Of a stretch of 64,000 nt of DNA, positions 39,474 through 52,892 are shown piece by piece. A program made the position numbers and the translations under genes. Origin of the DNA: Amoebophrya sp. A120 (taxonomy: Eukaryota > Protista > Dinoflagellata); contig CAJINV010000002.1 in assembly GCA_905178155.1 (NCBI GenBank), forward strand, positions 12,766,387 to 12,830,386, read 5' to 3'. The first letter of the stretch is position 1. Each line of letters begins with the position of its first letter. A model generated the notes under the pieces. That model worked only from the letters and a program-made list of their open reading frames with translations. It was not told the origin of the DNA and made no database searches.

Positions 39474-40510
39474 AAGTGAATGGGAGAAGAAGTTTGTTTC
39501 AAGTTGTCTAGGAATTATGGATACGTGATATGCTGCACACCCCTTTTTACCCCTGATTAGTTTATGTTGAACTATGCGCTGGTTCTTATTCGACATTCCA
39601 TTGCCCCAGGTGCTCTAGAGGTCAAAGCATCGGCCCAATTAGATCTTCTACAAGTACAATAGAAAATGTATGAAGGCATTCGCTCCATTCATCCGAAATC
39701 TTGCAAAAAGAAAAAAACTCGTACATTAGAAGTACCCACCCCTGCTAATAAAAAATTCTGCGCGTCTTCAGGAAAACATAAGAAAAAAAAATCGCATTCG
39801 CATGCATGTAAGTAAACCCGAAAGACACAACTCCCTTTAGAAAATCAGCTGAACCGAAGATAAGAAGTTGTGTGTCAAACTCCAAGCAGGACACCGCTGA
39901 GATCGAAGATCATGTTTCCTGTTGTCTTTGTGGCATGGATAAGAGTTCACTTTCTTGAGCCTAGTGCCATCTGCTTGAAGGATCGAGATCGCAAGAATCT
40001 GCGGCTGAATTTTGTCATAATTGCCTTGATGGTCACTGCGAATTTCATCCCCATCCTAGCTACCGCTTCTGTGTGAAGAGGAATCTTTTGCAATAACACA
40101 ACGAGGATCCACCTTTTTGTTTCAAACCAGAGCACTATTTGATGATCATGTAAGAACAAATGCGTTTTCCTTTTCCTTTTACTTAAAACAGCGATCAGAA
40201 AAGACAAGAGAGTAGCGACAGTAGTACAAGGGTACTCTCACGCATCCGAACCAGATTTTCATGGTTGTCTTTAGTTACACCAACAACGAAAAATATCACA
40301 ATCGCCGCACGGTAATCACTTGATTAAGCGGCAACAATTTTTACTAAAGACAGAGCTAATGGTATTGGAGGTTTCACATGTGCCGCTCAGCAATCGCTGA
40401 CCCCAGTTTTTCCGCTCCGTTTTGGGCAACGTGTGCCCGCCGTTTTTGAAGTTAGTTATCTGTTAGTGTTTGAGAAACTGAAATATCACAAGTAGTCAAC
40501 TTCAAGAACC

Positions 40511-42662
40511 ATGGTGGTGACTGTGTCGTCTTCCCCCGCGACCTCGAGCTCCGGCGGCGCGCCAGCGTCCAAGCCGGCGGCTGCGGAGAACAAGGGAACA
40601 ACGAGTACGGGGAAACCAAAACTAGTCCTCGCGAACTTTTCGGAAAAATCCGCGTTCACGCGCGGCGAGAGGGAGATCGTTTCCCGGCGGGCCGGCATGC
40701 CGCGAATTCTTTGCCCCAAGATAGTGGCGCTGAGCAACCAGCGATTTGAGGAGGTCATGGCCGCCGCGAAGAAGCAGGCCCAGGAGCTGGTGAAAGAGAA
40801 GGGCCAGCCGGTCCCATTGGCGTCTCCGCGCGGGGGGCCGAGCATGCTGCAAGCCAGCGACAAGTTTCACATTATCCACACCCAGCCCAAGGGACGGGAG
40901 GAGACACTAGTGGCCACTCTGTGTGAGGAAGAGGACGAATTCTTCAATGAAGACGAGTTTCAGATGGATACCGACATCGACGATCCAGAGAGATGGGACC
41001 AGGTAGCGGAAGAGATGGACACGCTGGTGCAGGCTATCACCGGCGGCGACAAAAAGGTATTTATTGTTGCGTAAGAAGAAGAACATGAAGATGTACGCGA
41101 AGTTGTACTACAGGTACCAATTCAAATGAGTAAGAACTGCCCTAACATCAAAATAGTTCCACTAACACATCACTGAATGTCCAAATACTTTGCAAAAAAT
41201 ACTCTCTCAACTACAGCCCGACACGCTCGGTATCGGTCCTCTGCCGCTGGGCTGGGTCATTCCGGACCGCCAGTACAAGCCAACGCGGCCGACCCTGAAA
41301 CTGCTGCCCAACAGCAAGTTTGAGACCTTTTTCCGTTCCTGGGGACTCGTGGAGAAGGCCGAAATGGTGTTCCAGCCGGACCGAACCATCTACTTGCTGG
41401 TGAGGTTCAGTCGGTGGGAGGTGATGGCACAGGTACCAAGCGAGTAGCTCTTTTTTTGTGACATTGATGGTATCTTGCTTTCTGTACGGGAGCTCCTAGT
41501 GGTACAAGTGTAGCCAACTGCAGCTACCTATCTTTAGTAGCGAACTTTCGAATCGCAATTGGAATCGACCACGACTATTTTTACGCACGACCACCTTATC
41601 TTTCAGGCCGCACTGTCACTGTGGGGTGGGCGATATTTTGGGTTTGTGCCACCCTCGAGCGACGCAAAGCACGAGGAGATCCGCCCCATCAATTTGGCGT
41701 TTTGCGATTACGAGCAGCGGAAAAAGGAGCTTTTGGCGGAGCAAACGAGTTTTGAGGAGATCACGCGCGGCCTGAACCCCGTGCAGGCCAAAGCCTTTCG
41801 CGAGCTCTCCGACGAAATCGCAAGACTAGAGGTGGAGAATCGGCGCCTGGAAACAGAGGTCCGGCAGCACGAGGAGCGGAAGCGACAGCGCGAAAAGGAA
41901 AAGCAGGCTGAGCTGGACGGCGAACTTGTCGATTTGAACAAGCCCGACAGCTATCAAATGTAAAAATGTCTGGGTCTGGAAGATTGCGAGGTTTGTCATG
42001 CAGATTTTCCATGACCCATGAGGTCTGGAATGCAGGACCTAGCATGACAGAGTCTGCGAGGTCTCTGCCATGCCTATCCCCCATGAGAAACTGCCGCCCA
42101 ACTTGGTCGAAAGTGGACGGCTTTTGGCACTCATGCAACACAGATTTTTGCAATATTCGGATTTAGCATGACAAGTTTTAATCTTCCAGACCCAGACATT
42201 TTTACAGTTGATAACAGCCGCGCAGGAGCAACAGCACCAGTTGTTGGCGGGGAAGCTGCACAAGCCTCAAAGGCTGTTGCTACAACTGTCCCCACCTCCG
42301 CCGCGTCCTCCTCGAACAATGGGGCCGCGGCCCCTCTTCAACCTCTCGCTGACGCCACCGTTCCGAAAGCCTCTGCGCCCGCGGTCGCGGCTAGTAGTAC
42401 CGCAGGGCTTGTTCTTGGTCTAGAGACCGGCACGAGCAGTGGGCAGCCATCACAACCTCCAGCGGCAGCTGCCGAGGACACGACCGATGCTCACAAAGTA
42501 GGTGGTCCGGCTGTAGAAGAAGCAGCAGCTGCGATGGACAGCGCTGCGGCTCCGGCTGCGAAGCGACAGAAGACGAGCGAGGTGCGGGGTGGCGGAGCCG
42601 GTGCTGCCCCTCCTGCGCCAACAGGCGTTGCCGACCTCGGAGCACTAGACGACGAACTGTAA
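40511..42662 (+). CDS. Hypothetical protein with coiled-coil and Ala-rich tail; two GT-AG introns and one introner
   Basis: Exons from ORFs 40511, 41190, 41559 and 42168 join in frame. Confidence 0.65.
41952..42213. mobile_element. Introner family A (262 bp)
   Basis: Family A TIR; DR ACAGC/ACAGC; frame restored (KPDS|RAGA). Confidence 0.93.
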
Positions 42663-43378
42663 CTGTACATCGATATTTTCATAGAGCCGTCACGTCGAAT
42701 GTGATTGTTGTTGTTCACGATCATACATAAGAAGCGCGAAAGACGTTGGTAGACAAGTGCTTACTGAAGCTAAAAATGCTCCTGTGGCAAAGGCAGTGCG
42801 CTTTGTGGTGTTCGCCATTCAAACACTTCACGCAAGAAGAAGAACTGACCTGTTCGCGCAGTCTGACATGGATCCACAGAGGCGAGGATGAAGAATTTCT
42901 GTGCCTTCCGAACGGGGTATGCGCATGCAGCATGCCAAGGATCAATATCGCTATCTATGCTTCCTTATAGTTCCCCCCGCATCTTTTTCTCCTACATCGT
43001 ATGTCCTGCAAACGCGGTCCGACCGCTGGAAACCAAATCTTCTTTGAGCAGACTCACTCTTTCTTCCTGCATGAAGCAAAAACAGAAATTATAGCTGTCC
43101 TTCTAACTTTACATCTGTTGTGCGATTCATCAGCGACCGATCAATATTCCACCATTTTCAACAAAAAAACGTAAGCGACGCCTTCCTAAGATTATCCCAC
43201 TTTTCTAGTATTTCTCAAGTAAAAGCGACATCAAGTTAGTAGTGAGAACAAGTCGGCCGAAAGCGCTTTTCGTTTCAGCAGTACCCGCTTAATACTGCCA
43301 CCGTAGTCAACACGGTTCGTCATCACTACAGCGAAGATTAGTACTAGAATAGTTTAAACCTGTACCAGTATCAGCAAA

Positions 43379-45029
43379 ATGTCGGCCTTCGAGACGGTGT
43401 TCGGACTGAAGGGCAAGGGATTCGCGATTGTGTGCGCAGACTCCCAGATGCAGGCCCATTATCCAGAAGAAAAAAGAACTGCATCACACCACGTCGTCTG
43501 ATTTTACAAGTTTTCTTTTTCGATTTTCATGTGCAAAGAAGAGAAGATTGATTGTCGATCCTATCCGAAAAATAAGGATTGGAATCTCAATTTGCAGCCT
43601 AAATTGTGCGACAACGAACAGTGGTGGGAAAAATGGTGCACTTCTCCCATTTCCATACTCGCCAGATTATTGCGATTAAGACGGATGAGGACAAGATTAT
43701 GGAGGTAGAAAACAAGCTCTTCGGCTGCAACGGCCCCTCCGCGGATCGAACCAGCTTTATGGACTACATTTCCAAAAACATCACCCTCTACAGGCTCCGA
43801 AATCAGGTCGGGCTCTCCACAAAGGTAAGGTCTTCCCAATGCATGAGCAGATCGAAGTCGAAGATCGTTGTTCTTTCACTTCCTGGGTAATCATCAAGGA
43901 AATATCTGAGTGATTTTTCAGGGTGTCAGCCGAAAATCAAAATTCGGCTGGACATAATAAATTGTAGTCAGTGATGAACAAGTAAGTCTGCATGCAGAGA
44001 GCCAAAGCGTTGGTCATTCATTCTCGTTGGAGATCATTTTTCCTCGACAAGATATGAACAATCTTGCAGGCGGCAGCGACTTTCACGCGCAACGAGTTAG
44101 CGACGGCATTGCGAAAAGGACCCTACCAGTGCGACTTGGTGGTGGCCGGTTACGACGAGGAAAACCAGGACGCGGAGCTGTACTTTATGGACTCGTACGC
44201 CTCATGTGCAAAGGTATTGACAGTTTTTCCGCGTCGATACGTGACTCCTTCTCTGCTCGTCCCACTCTCGCGGTTACACTTTATAATTTCTACTTCGCGC
44301 AACTAGCTTCTGCGCAGCGTATTTCCCACAAGGAACGCAAAAGAAAATCCGCGCCAAATACTGCCCCACCTGATTTTGAGTCTCGCACCACGCTGTGCAG
44401 CATAAAGGAGAGCATATGATTTATTTTTGATTTTTGTCGCATCCCCAGGTTAACAAAGCTGCTCACAGCTACGCCGGCAACTTCGTCCACGGGATTCTGG
44501 ACAAAGAGTGGAAAGAGGGGCTGCTATCACAGCAACAAAATCTCGGGTCATTGTCAGAAAGTGCGAGTCGAATAACCTGCATATTCCATAGTTCGTTGTA
44601 GTTTTTCATGCATGAAGATGAAGCGGTCCTGCACCTGGTCGTTCTGAAAAGACTTTTTTTGCATCGCCAGTGTTTGTACCTGTAACTTCAAAGCCAAGTC
44701 AAGCCGAGAGCCAAGGACTTGCGTGCGAGTGTAAAATATGACATGACTATTATAGACAAGAAACAAGCAACTTCTCACGTTTGCTGTGGGTCTGCACGAA
44801 ACCAGGATCCGTGGAGTAGTAAAGACCGCAGAGAAGGTCTGACAAGCACACAGGTTTGGCTTGACTCGAAATTTTGGCAGTACAGCTGACAGAAAAAGAG
44901 GGATTGACGATCATCAAAAAATGCATCACGGAGATCCGGACACGCTTTGCCTTGGGTCGCCTGGACGCGTTCATCATAAAGATAGTGGACAAGAACGGAG
45001 TCAGACACATCAAGCAGAAGGACTTGTAA
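43379..45029 (+). CDS. PSMB2: Proteasome subunit beta type-2 (beta4)
   Basis: ETVFGLKGKGFAIVCAD, KTDEDKI, AAATFTRNELATALRKGPYQCDLVVAGYD, AAHSYAG and IKIVDKNGVR motifs. Confidence 0.92.
43460..43657. mobile_element. Degenerate introner (198 bp) in PSMB2
   Basis: TATCC...CCATA with residual IR; flanks CCCAT/CTCGC differ by three transitions; element+5 nt restores frame (a GC-AG intron 43454-43665 also would). Confidence 0.45.
44525..44884. mobile_element. Degenerate introner (360 bp) in PSMB2
   Basis: IR CAAAATCTCGGGTCA/TGACTCGAAATTTTG; DR GCTGC/GCTGA; no fitting GT-AG found; removal gives KEGL|TEKEGL. Confidence 0.65.
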
Positions 45030-45883
45030 CGAGTATACATTGATGATCCGGTGGAGGACGACCTGCGCCCAGCGGTTCTAATCGCTTGAGATGGACTTCA
45101 TCATCTGACGCAAGAAAACAATAAAACTCTCATGCCAGTTTACTATCGCAAACGCAATGATCAGGCATGAGACCACGAGCGCCGACAAGAAGGACTACTA
45201 TACATAGTCTACATGAAGATTCCTCAGTTGAGTCGAATTCTCATCGAATCATGCGGCTGGGCTACGAGGATTGTTCGAAATCGAAAATACTCTACTAAGG
45301 AGGTACCCAACAGACGACTTTTTGAATCTAGTAGTTGAAATACGCGCAACCATCGTTGCGAACAACTGAACAAGTAGCCTTGTGAAGACCACTACGACCT
45401 GCTCCTGTCTGCTGTTCATGCGTCCATTGCCATGTGCCGGCTTCTTTTTACGTAGCTGATGGTCTGCTGCAGCAGGCGCATTTATTGTCGTCTTTTGAAG
45501 TACTTGTGCTCGTGATAGGAATACCTAGAATGAGAGAGCGTTTGTCTCTGATTTGTCCAAAAAGGCCCTAGCGCATCGCATTCGTTTTCCTTTTGGACAA
45601 AAGGAAACCCGTGTGCATGAGCATGCGCCAGCACGGGGGTGTTCTGATACTACTAGTGCTAGCGAATATGATTTCATGTAGCTGCTGCTTCGTCGTGTTG
45701 TAAATGTAATATTGTTTGATATTGTCCGTGGTTTATCTTATGTCATGTACCCCTAGGCAGTTGCAGGTCTCTACATCTTCTTCGTGTTGTGCTCTGTTCA
45801 TTGGACTAAACCAATTTTTCGTGTGTAGTTGTACAGCTTCGAACCGTTTCGGTCTCGCTCCTTGAACTTGGACTTGTTCGAAG

Positions 45884-48800
45884 ATGTTGCGCGGTGGCGG
45901 TCCACCGCTGGCGCTCGGCGGCAGTCATTATCCCGGCGGGCCGGGAACTACCGGACCTTCCGGATCGACGTCGTCCTATCCTGCTCCGCTGGGAGCCGCT
46001 GCTCCCCGGATGCAGCTTCAGATGCAGCAGCCGTTTCCCTTCGGAGCGGTTCCGGGACCAACCGCTGCCATGCAGCCGGTGCAGCAGCTGCAGATGCCAA
46101 TGACGCGTTTCATGGGTGGGTCGTTTGGGACCGTTGGTGCTCCCGCGGGAGGCTTGCCCCGCTCAGGCACCTCCTCCTCGACTTCGTCTACCGCACCCCC
46201 CGCCCAGCAGCAGTTTTTCCAACCGACAAACGCGTCGAATTACGGGCCTCATCCAGTGGGGGCACCAGCAGCATCACAGCAGCGGTCCGCAAATCTTACT
46301 GTTGGAGGTGTGCAGCAGCAGTGGGGGCAACCCCTCACGGCGGGCAACACGACGGCCAAAGTAGCGGCTCCTGGTGCAGCAACGACGTCCAGCTCTGGTG
46401 GCGCGGCGAGTGCAAATGGCGGTGTGGCGCGGTCGTCTGCGGGAGTTGGAGGTGGAGCGCCACCGACGCGACCGACGGTCGGCACAGCGCCTGCCTCCTC
46501 GTCAACTTCTAACAAGTTTGCAACTGTCAACACTGGTGCTGGCAGTCAACAAAGTCAAGGTTCTCACGGACAGCTGCAGCAACAGAGCCGCGGCTCCAAC
46601 CTGGGTAACAGTGCCACAACGGGGCTTGCTCCTCAACATCTTGCTGCTGCACAGACGGGACCAGGAGGGGGCGCAGCAGGATCATCTGCTTCCTCGTCTT
46701 CTACCGGCAGCCACAAGCTTGTTTCCGCGTCCGGAGCAGCGGAACAAGGAACCAGCCTGTCGCGGATTCAGGTTCTGAGCCGGCTGACAAAGGAATCCGA
46801 GGAGACCATGCGGATGAGCGAGTTAATCGAGCACCTAGCCTGTGTGGAAAGCGTGATTTACCAGGCCCTGGAAGTTTTGAAGCAGAACCAGCCCCACTTC
46901 AGCTTCTTCGTCCGCGAGTACTTTCGTTCCTCCTGTTGTCTATCGCACATACCGCTCGAGCACTACCACACCGGGGACAGACAAAAGCGACAACTGCACT
47001 GGGCCCAGATCCTGGAGAGCTGCGGCATGTCACTCGCAGGGTACTAGAGAAGTTCTATTGGAGCTACTGTTCCCACTCTTTTGTTATTTTATTAGTTTTT
47101 TAGGTAGCTCCTAATCCGAAACCGATACCGAAGAAGCTTGCTCTACATTTTTTTTTTGGCTGCAAAAATATTGAAAATTTCGATAAAGCTGATCTGCGCA
47201 AGAACATCCCAGGATTCTGTGTGGGGAGGACGCCACGGAGCTGCACACCGGGGTGCGCACCCGGGTGCGGAACATGATGTACTACCTGCACGAAAATTGT
47301 TTGGTGCTCCTGGACCTGGTTTGCCAGACCTTTCTGTCGGAGATGGACACGCAGAACGGCACGAAGCTGAACCGGATCGAGCTGCTCAACATTGACCTGC
47401 TGATCCGCGTGAAACGGTACCGGCGCATGCGCAAGGGCGACCACCACCACGCACTGCGGCAGCACAACGAGATGATCACCAGCAGTTTGAAACAAATGAT
47501 CCGAGCGGCGCAGGACCCCAGCAAGCGCCCGCGGAGCAAGGAGAACGGAACTTCTGCCTCCGGGAGCAAGAACAACGGCGCAGCTGCGGCCGCTCCAGCG
47601 CGCCCGAGGAACACCTTGGACGTCATTTGGGACATGCTGCAGGCCCGGAGTCCCGACCAGAAGAAGTGCAAGATGATCAAGCAAAAACTACGGGAGCTCA
47701 CGCGGTTCGCGCCCATTCAGAGGACCAACGAACACGGCGAGGAATTGCTTGACGTGTACGACCGCAGCAACACGCACCTGGACCCCCCGAACGTGGAGCC
47801 AAGTACGAGAAATTTCTAGTGAGAAAGAAAGATGAGCAGTGTCCCTGTCATGATATGAACGACGTTGTTGAAGATGCACCTTCTTCGCGACCAGGTGGCA
47901 CGTAGTTATGTGAAATCAGAATAACTTTCGTGCACAGTTTGTTGTTTGTGAAGTGTCTTCATTTATTTATAGATTAGTATATGTTCGTGCAGTATGTACC
48001 ATAGCCAGAGGATGTGTAAACCAAAATCACAACAGCGGAGGGCGCATCAGTCGTGCCGTTCGATGTTTTGCCGCCGATGCTGCCGAATTACGCAAACTCT
48101 CCGTATCTGCCCGCAGTCGCCGACAACCAATTCTTTTACACCATAGTGCTGGACCTCGACGAAACCCTAGTGCACTATTTCGAGGACCCCAATTCAGGTG
48201 AGTAGATCGAAGGCTTTTTGTAAGATTGATAGATGTTTCTGAACTCAAACCAAAGTGGCAGAAGTCCATGTCGTGCTAGTGCCTGCTACTGTTTTGCACC
48301 TTACTGTTGATGTAATCCACGTTAGGTGGCTACTACGACATGCGCCCCGGGTGCGTGGATTTTCTGAGCAAGCTGCGCCAGATTGGTTGCGAGGTCGTTG
48401 TTTGGACGGCCGCCACGATGGACTATGCGGACTGGGTGCTGGACCAAATCGATCCTGATAATAACCTGATTCACCACCGCCTGTACCGGCAGCACGCGGT
48501 CCCCTGGGGCCCGCTTTTCATCAAGGATCTCGCGAAATTGGGAAGTACTTTTGAAATAATGAATGTGGGTTTGAAGATATCTTTAGAGTCATAGGGGCAG
48601 TTGGAGTTGTAGTTCGACGGTTCCTCTCTCTACCACGTAGACGTACCTGGCTGCCGTACTGCCCGTTCCTGGAAATAGAGGACCGAGTTTCTTGTATTGT
48701 ACAGCGTTGTACTAGTGGCCCTCTGAGTCCGATAGCAGGTCGTAACGTGAAAAAACTTGAATCAGACTTCGTGCTTGGTTTTGCATGAAATAAAAAACCG

Positions 48801-50591
48801 TTCTTCAGGACCGCTTGATCGGACCATGATTATCGACAACGTGGCCGAGATATGAATTGCAAATATGTCTGGGTCTGGGAGATTGCGAGACTTGTCTTGC
48901 CAGTCTGGCATGACTCTGAGCTTTGTATTGCGCGGCCGCAAAGAGCTCCTCTTGCCTGTCATGCAAGAACGCAGTTTCTCATGCGGAGTACGCAACTCAG
49001 AACCACGGAAAAACTTGTCATGCTTGGCAGCGCATCAGAGTGCGCTCACTATTTCCTTTTCTTGCATCACAAATCTCCAGACCCAGACATATTTGCATTT
49101 GATACGAGAATTTTATGTTGCAGCCCGACAATGGAATTTTCATCCACGCCTGGTTTATCAAATGTAAAAGTGTCTGCGTCTGGAAGATTGCGAGATTTGT
49201 CATGCTGATCTGGCATGGCCCTTAAATCTGTATTGCGTGGCCACAAACAGCCTCTCTCGCCTGTCGTGAAAAAGCGCAGTTTCTCATGCGGAATACGCAG
49301 CACAGAAGCACGAATCAACTTGTCATGCTTGGCGGCGCATTACAGCGCATTTGTTTATTGACTGACTTGCATCACAAGTTTCCAGACCCAGACATTTTTG
49401 CATTTCATATGGTTCGAGGACCCGAACGACCTGGCGCTGCTGGATCTGCAGCCCCTGCTGGAGGAGCTGGTTGCCTCCCGCGTGACCGTCCCCTTTTTGC
49501 TCGACAAGTACAAGCTCGCCATCCCCCACTGGGCGGGGCACGTGATGGCGGAAGACAATTTTTACGGGGAAGCAGGCGGGGATGGCCAAAATGGAACGCA
49601 GGAAGCAGGGGACAGACAACCTATTCAGGGCAACGTCGACCATGTAGAAGTAGTACAGCAACCACCTCCACCTCCGCAGGAAGTTGTTGCGGCAGAGCAG
49701 CAGCAGCAGCGGGCTGCCGGTTCGCAGCCGAAGGCGGCGCCCTCGTTCGGGCCCTACAGCGGTGCCTTCCAGGTGCAGCGGCCGGGCGGAGTACAGAGCA
49801 ACGCACGGCAGAACGGCGTCGTGCCCACCACGACCACCACCGCAGCTACTAGTCGAAAGTCGTCCAAGACGCCGGGCGCGGCAGTTCTTGGAGCGGACGC
49901 GGGGACGCTGGGACAGCAGCAGCAGGGCGGCAACAAGCCGCGGGTGATGAAAACCAGGAACTACACACCTGGGGCCGCTACGAGTGTCGTCGCCAACCAA
50001 CCTGGCTCAGCGGTGGGGGGCGGTTCGGCTCTCGCGCCGACAACGTCGATTCCCTACCAGTTCCAGCAGCAGCCAATGCTCGCGGGGACACATCAAAACA
50101 GTGGCGCGGTCGTCGGTGCTAGTAGAACTGCAGGGACCACTACTGGTGCTGGTGGTCTTGTTCCCACTTCCACACAAGCGAATCCCTCTGTGTACCATAG
50201 TGCCAGTAGTGCGAGTCTGTTGGCAAGACCAGCGCTCTCCTTGTCGCGGTCGCTCCAGCCGATTCCGCAAGTGATTCCGCAGCCACAGCAGGCCAAGACG
50301 TCCGCCTTTCAGCAGTCGCTGCTGCAGCAGGCCCAGCCGCAGGCGTACCAGACGCCGCAGACACAAGCCGCGCAGCCAAGTTCGCAAGGGGCGCACCCGC
50401 CGACGCAGCAACCGCACGCGGTGCCCGTGTTCCAGTTTGGTGCGGCTTTTCCCGGAAACCAAGCGCTCGCCGCCCACGCGGCAGCCTCGTTCCAACCGCC
50501 TTCGCGAGGGGGAATGTTCAAAAGTCCACAACTACCGGCTGCGGTGCGGAATGGTAAGTACAACCACGATTATTTACACGACGACAGATGA
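45884..50591 (+). CDS. NIF/FCP1-SCP family (CTD small phosphatase-like) HAD phosphatase with long low-complexity ends
   Basis: VLDLDETLVH, MRPG, VVWTAA, FIKDLAKLGR and IIDNVAENF.LQPDNGI.I.AWF (last motif only after removing two introners). Confidence 0.88.
48851..49104. mobile_element. Introner family A (254 bp)
   Basis: Family A TIR; DR CGAGA/CGAGA. Confidence 0.93.
49156..49409. mobile_element. Introner family A (254 bp)
   Basis: Family A TIR; DR TGGTT/TGGTT; only 51 bp from the previous copy. Confidence 0.93.
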
Positions 50592-51882
50592 ACACAATAG
50601 TTTTTGTAGCGGTATGAATACAATTAGAGGAGCAGAACATGTGAGAATTATGCTTTTCGCGATCGTTTAAGTGCTAGTCCTGAACAACGATTCGGAGAAG
50701 AAGTAAAAACCTGTATAAAAAATAAAATCTCAGTTTCTGGTGGACCGCCCGCCGCCTCTTCCTCTTTGTTGCAGAATCCCGGCCTAACTTTTTCGCCGAC
50801 GAAGCTAATGTCGCACCGCTTCCACCACTAGCAGATCGCGGTCTACGAATTTGAGTTCCTCTTTTGGCCAAGCGTACGACAAAAGGAAAACGAGACTCAG
50901 CCCAATTTTAACGAGTGGTAAAATTATTGGGTTTCTCACCACACTGCACATGAATAAAGCTGGACAAAATTATCGAGAACAAGTTTGCTACTTACCGCAT
51001 TTGCTGCATGATTACCAAGTCCAACAGAAGATGAAAAATGGGCGAACACATTGTACGTATTTTTGTAGTATGGTCAGCTACTTTACCACTTCGAACCACG
51101 TTGGCTCGCGCAAGAAAGTCTGCTCATTATTTTGCTGAAATTTTGTTATTCTACTCTGAATTTTCATAACCGTAGGGAGGTTTCCTTGCACATGTGTTTT
51201 TTTGGAAAGTTGTTTTACTTGCTCAGTGCTGTCGTCGATGCAGATGCACGTTCCTGGAACAAAGCGCTTTGCTCATGTCTTGTGGAAAGGCTTACTCCGT
51301 AAATGAACTGACCCCACAACGTTTTCGTTGTACCCTCCAGGCACAGGGTGCAACAACGAGCACCATGTTGCATAATAATGAAATTGGGTTCAAGAACTGC
51401 CGTCAGTGCTCGAAGTGAATACGCACAACATCAGTGCAAGGTGTATGATCATGATGCATGGCTGAGAGTGAAATAGAGTCATATTCTCTGTGAGCAGGAT
51501 GGTAAAATCACGAACATTGAGTTTTTCAGCTGCAACAAATAAAAATATCTGCCTGATTGGTTGGCAAATACACGAAAACTTTGAGTTACACAGTGTATCC
51601 GCAGCGTTATATATCAATACGAATTGAATCATGTTGATCCCGCTATGAGATGAAGAAGTAGTGCATTGTGGAGGTAAAAAATGTGTGTTTTGCTTTTGCG
51701 CTAGTACATCTTTCTTCCGCTAGTACACACAAACAAGTTCGGTTGATATCGAAACTCTCGTTGTCTGTGCAGTTCCACTAGCTTCTTCTACTGTTGCACG
51801 ACGTTGATTATATCCCGCCACAGGGCGAGAGCAACAAACCAAAAATTTCGTCTACATCGCACTATCGGATTCCTACATACGA

Positions 51883-52845
51883 ATGGAGAAGTCCGGGAGC
51901 AGCAGGCGGCCGGTTTCCGCCAGCCACCGTGGCGGCGGTACTACAGATGCTGACCACGACACGACCACGGAAGATCTCAACACTGCGAGCCTAAATGTTG
52001 CTGATGTACGTGGTTTGTCTGTGTCCGAAGAAGAGCTTCTTCACGGAAAACTGTCAGTCAATTTTCGTTCTGTCGAACCAGCTGGTGAATGCGCTCAGGA
52101 AGAATCGGGTGAGGAGGGAGATGACAGCAAGTCTTCCAGTAGTTCTGAAGAGTCAGATCGAGAATCAGGATGGGACCGACATCAGAGTCTAGGCGCTACT
52201 AGGGCTCGGTCCGTCCTCAGAAGAGGACAACTGCCGCCGCCCAAATCTTCTACCAACGTCAGGGATGGCAAAGCTGGCGAAGGCACTCTGTCGGAAGACA
52301 GCGACGCCATTGACGACGAAGATGGCGCCTTTGAAGATGACGAAGGTGAGGCTGTTGAAGAAAATGACGGAGAGGAGCACGAAAATAAAGACGGTGAAAT
52401 GAAAGGTGATATCGGGACGAATTACCTCCGGGATTGCATCTTCCCGACTCACATAGCGAACGGCCGTGCGAAGACTGCCTGGGCGCGGCGCATCGCGGAG
52501 CTAAACCTGAGGGACAAAGACCTCGTTTACAACGACGGCGGCCCGAGCATCAACTTGTTGAGCCAGCAGGATGGTCTCGAAAAACAAGGGTCAGATGGCT
52601 GCAGTGGCAAACGGGCTGAGCAGCAAGAACCCCAAGCTAAGGTGAGAAGAGTGTTGAACAATAAACCGCCGGAAGACTTCTTTGCGACAATACTGAACAA
52701 CCCTGGTCGTGTGGCCGTCAATAAACGCAAAAGCCTCAGTACACATGATAACGCGACGAGCAAAAATTTTATTTCTTCTGCTTCTTGCAGCAGTAAAGCC
52801 AGCACGAGTACGTCAGCAACCTCGACGAGGACCACGGGAATTTGA
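51883..52845 (+). CDS. Hypothetical acidic/Ser-rich protein
   Basis: 320-aa ATG-initiated ORF; no recognisable domain. Confidence 0.45.
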   Translation: MEKSGSSRRPVSASHRGGGTTDADHDTTTEDLNTASLNVADVRGLSVSEEELLHGKLSVNFRSVEPAGECAQEESGEEGDDSKSSSSSEESDRESGWDRHQSLGATRARSVLRRGQLPPPKSSTNVRDGKAGEGTLSEDSDAIDDEDGAFEDDEGEAVEENDGEEHENKDGEMKGDIGTNYLRDCIFPTHIANGRAKTAWARRIAELNLRDKDLVYNDGGPSINLLSQQDGLEKQGSDGCSGKRAEQQEPQAKVRRVLNNKPPEDFFATILNNPGRVAVNKRKSLSTHDNATSKNFISSASCSSKASTSTSATSTRTTGI

Positions 52846-52892
52846 TTTGATGAAAAATCTCAACAGTTATTAAATTACACAGCTTTATCCGG

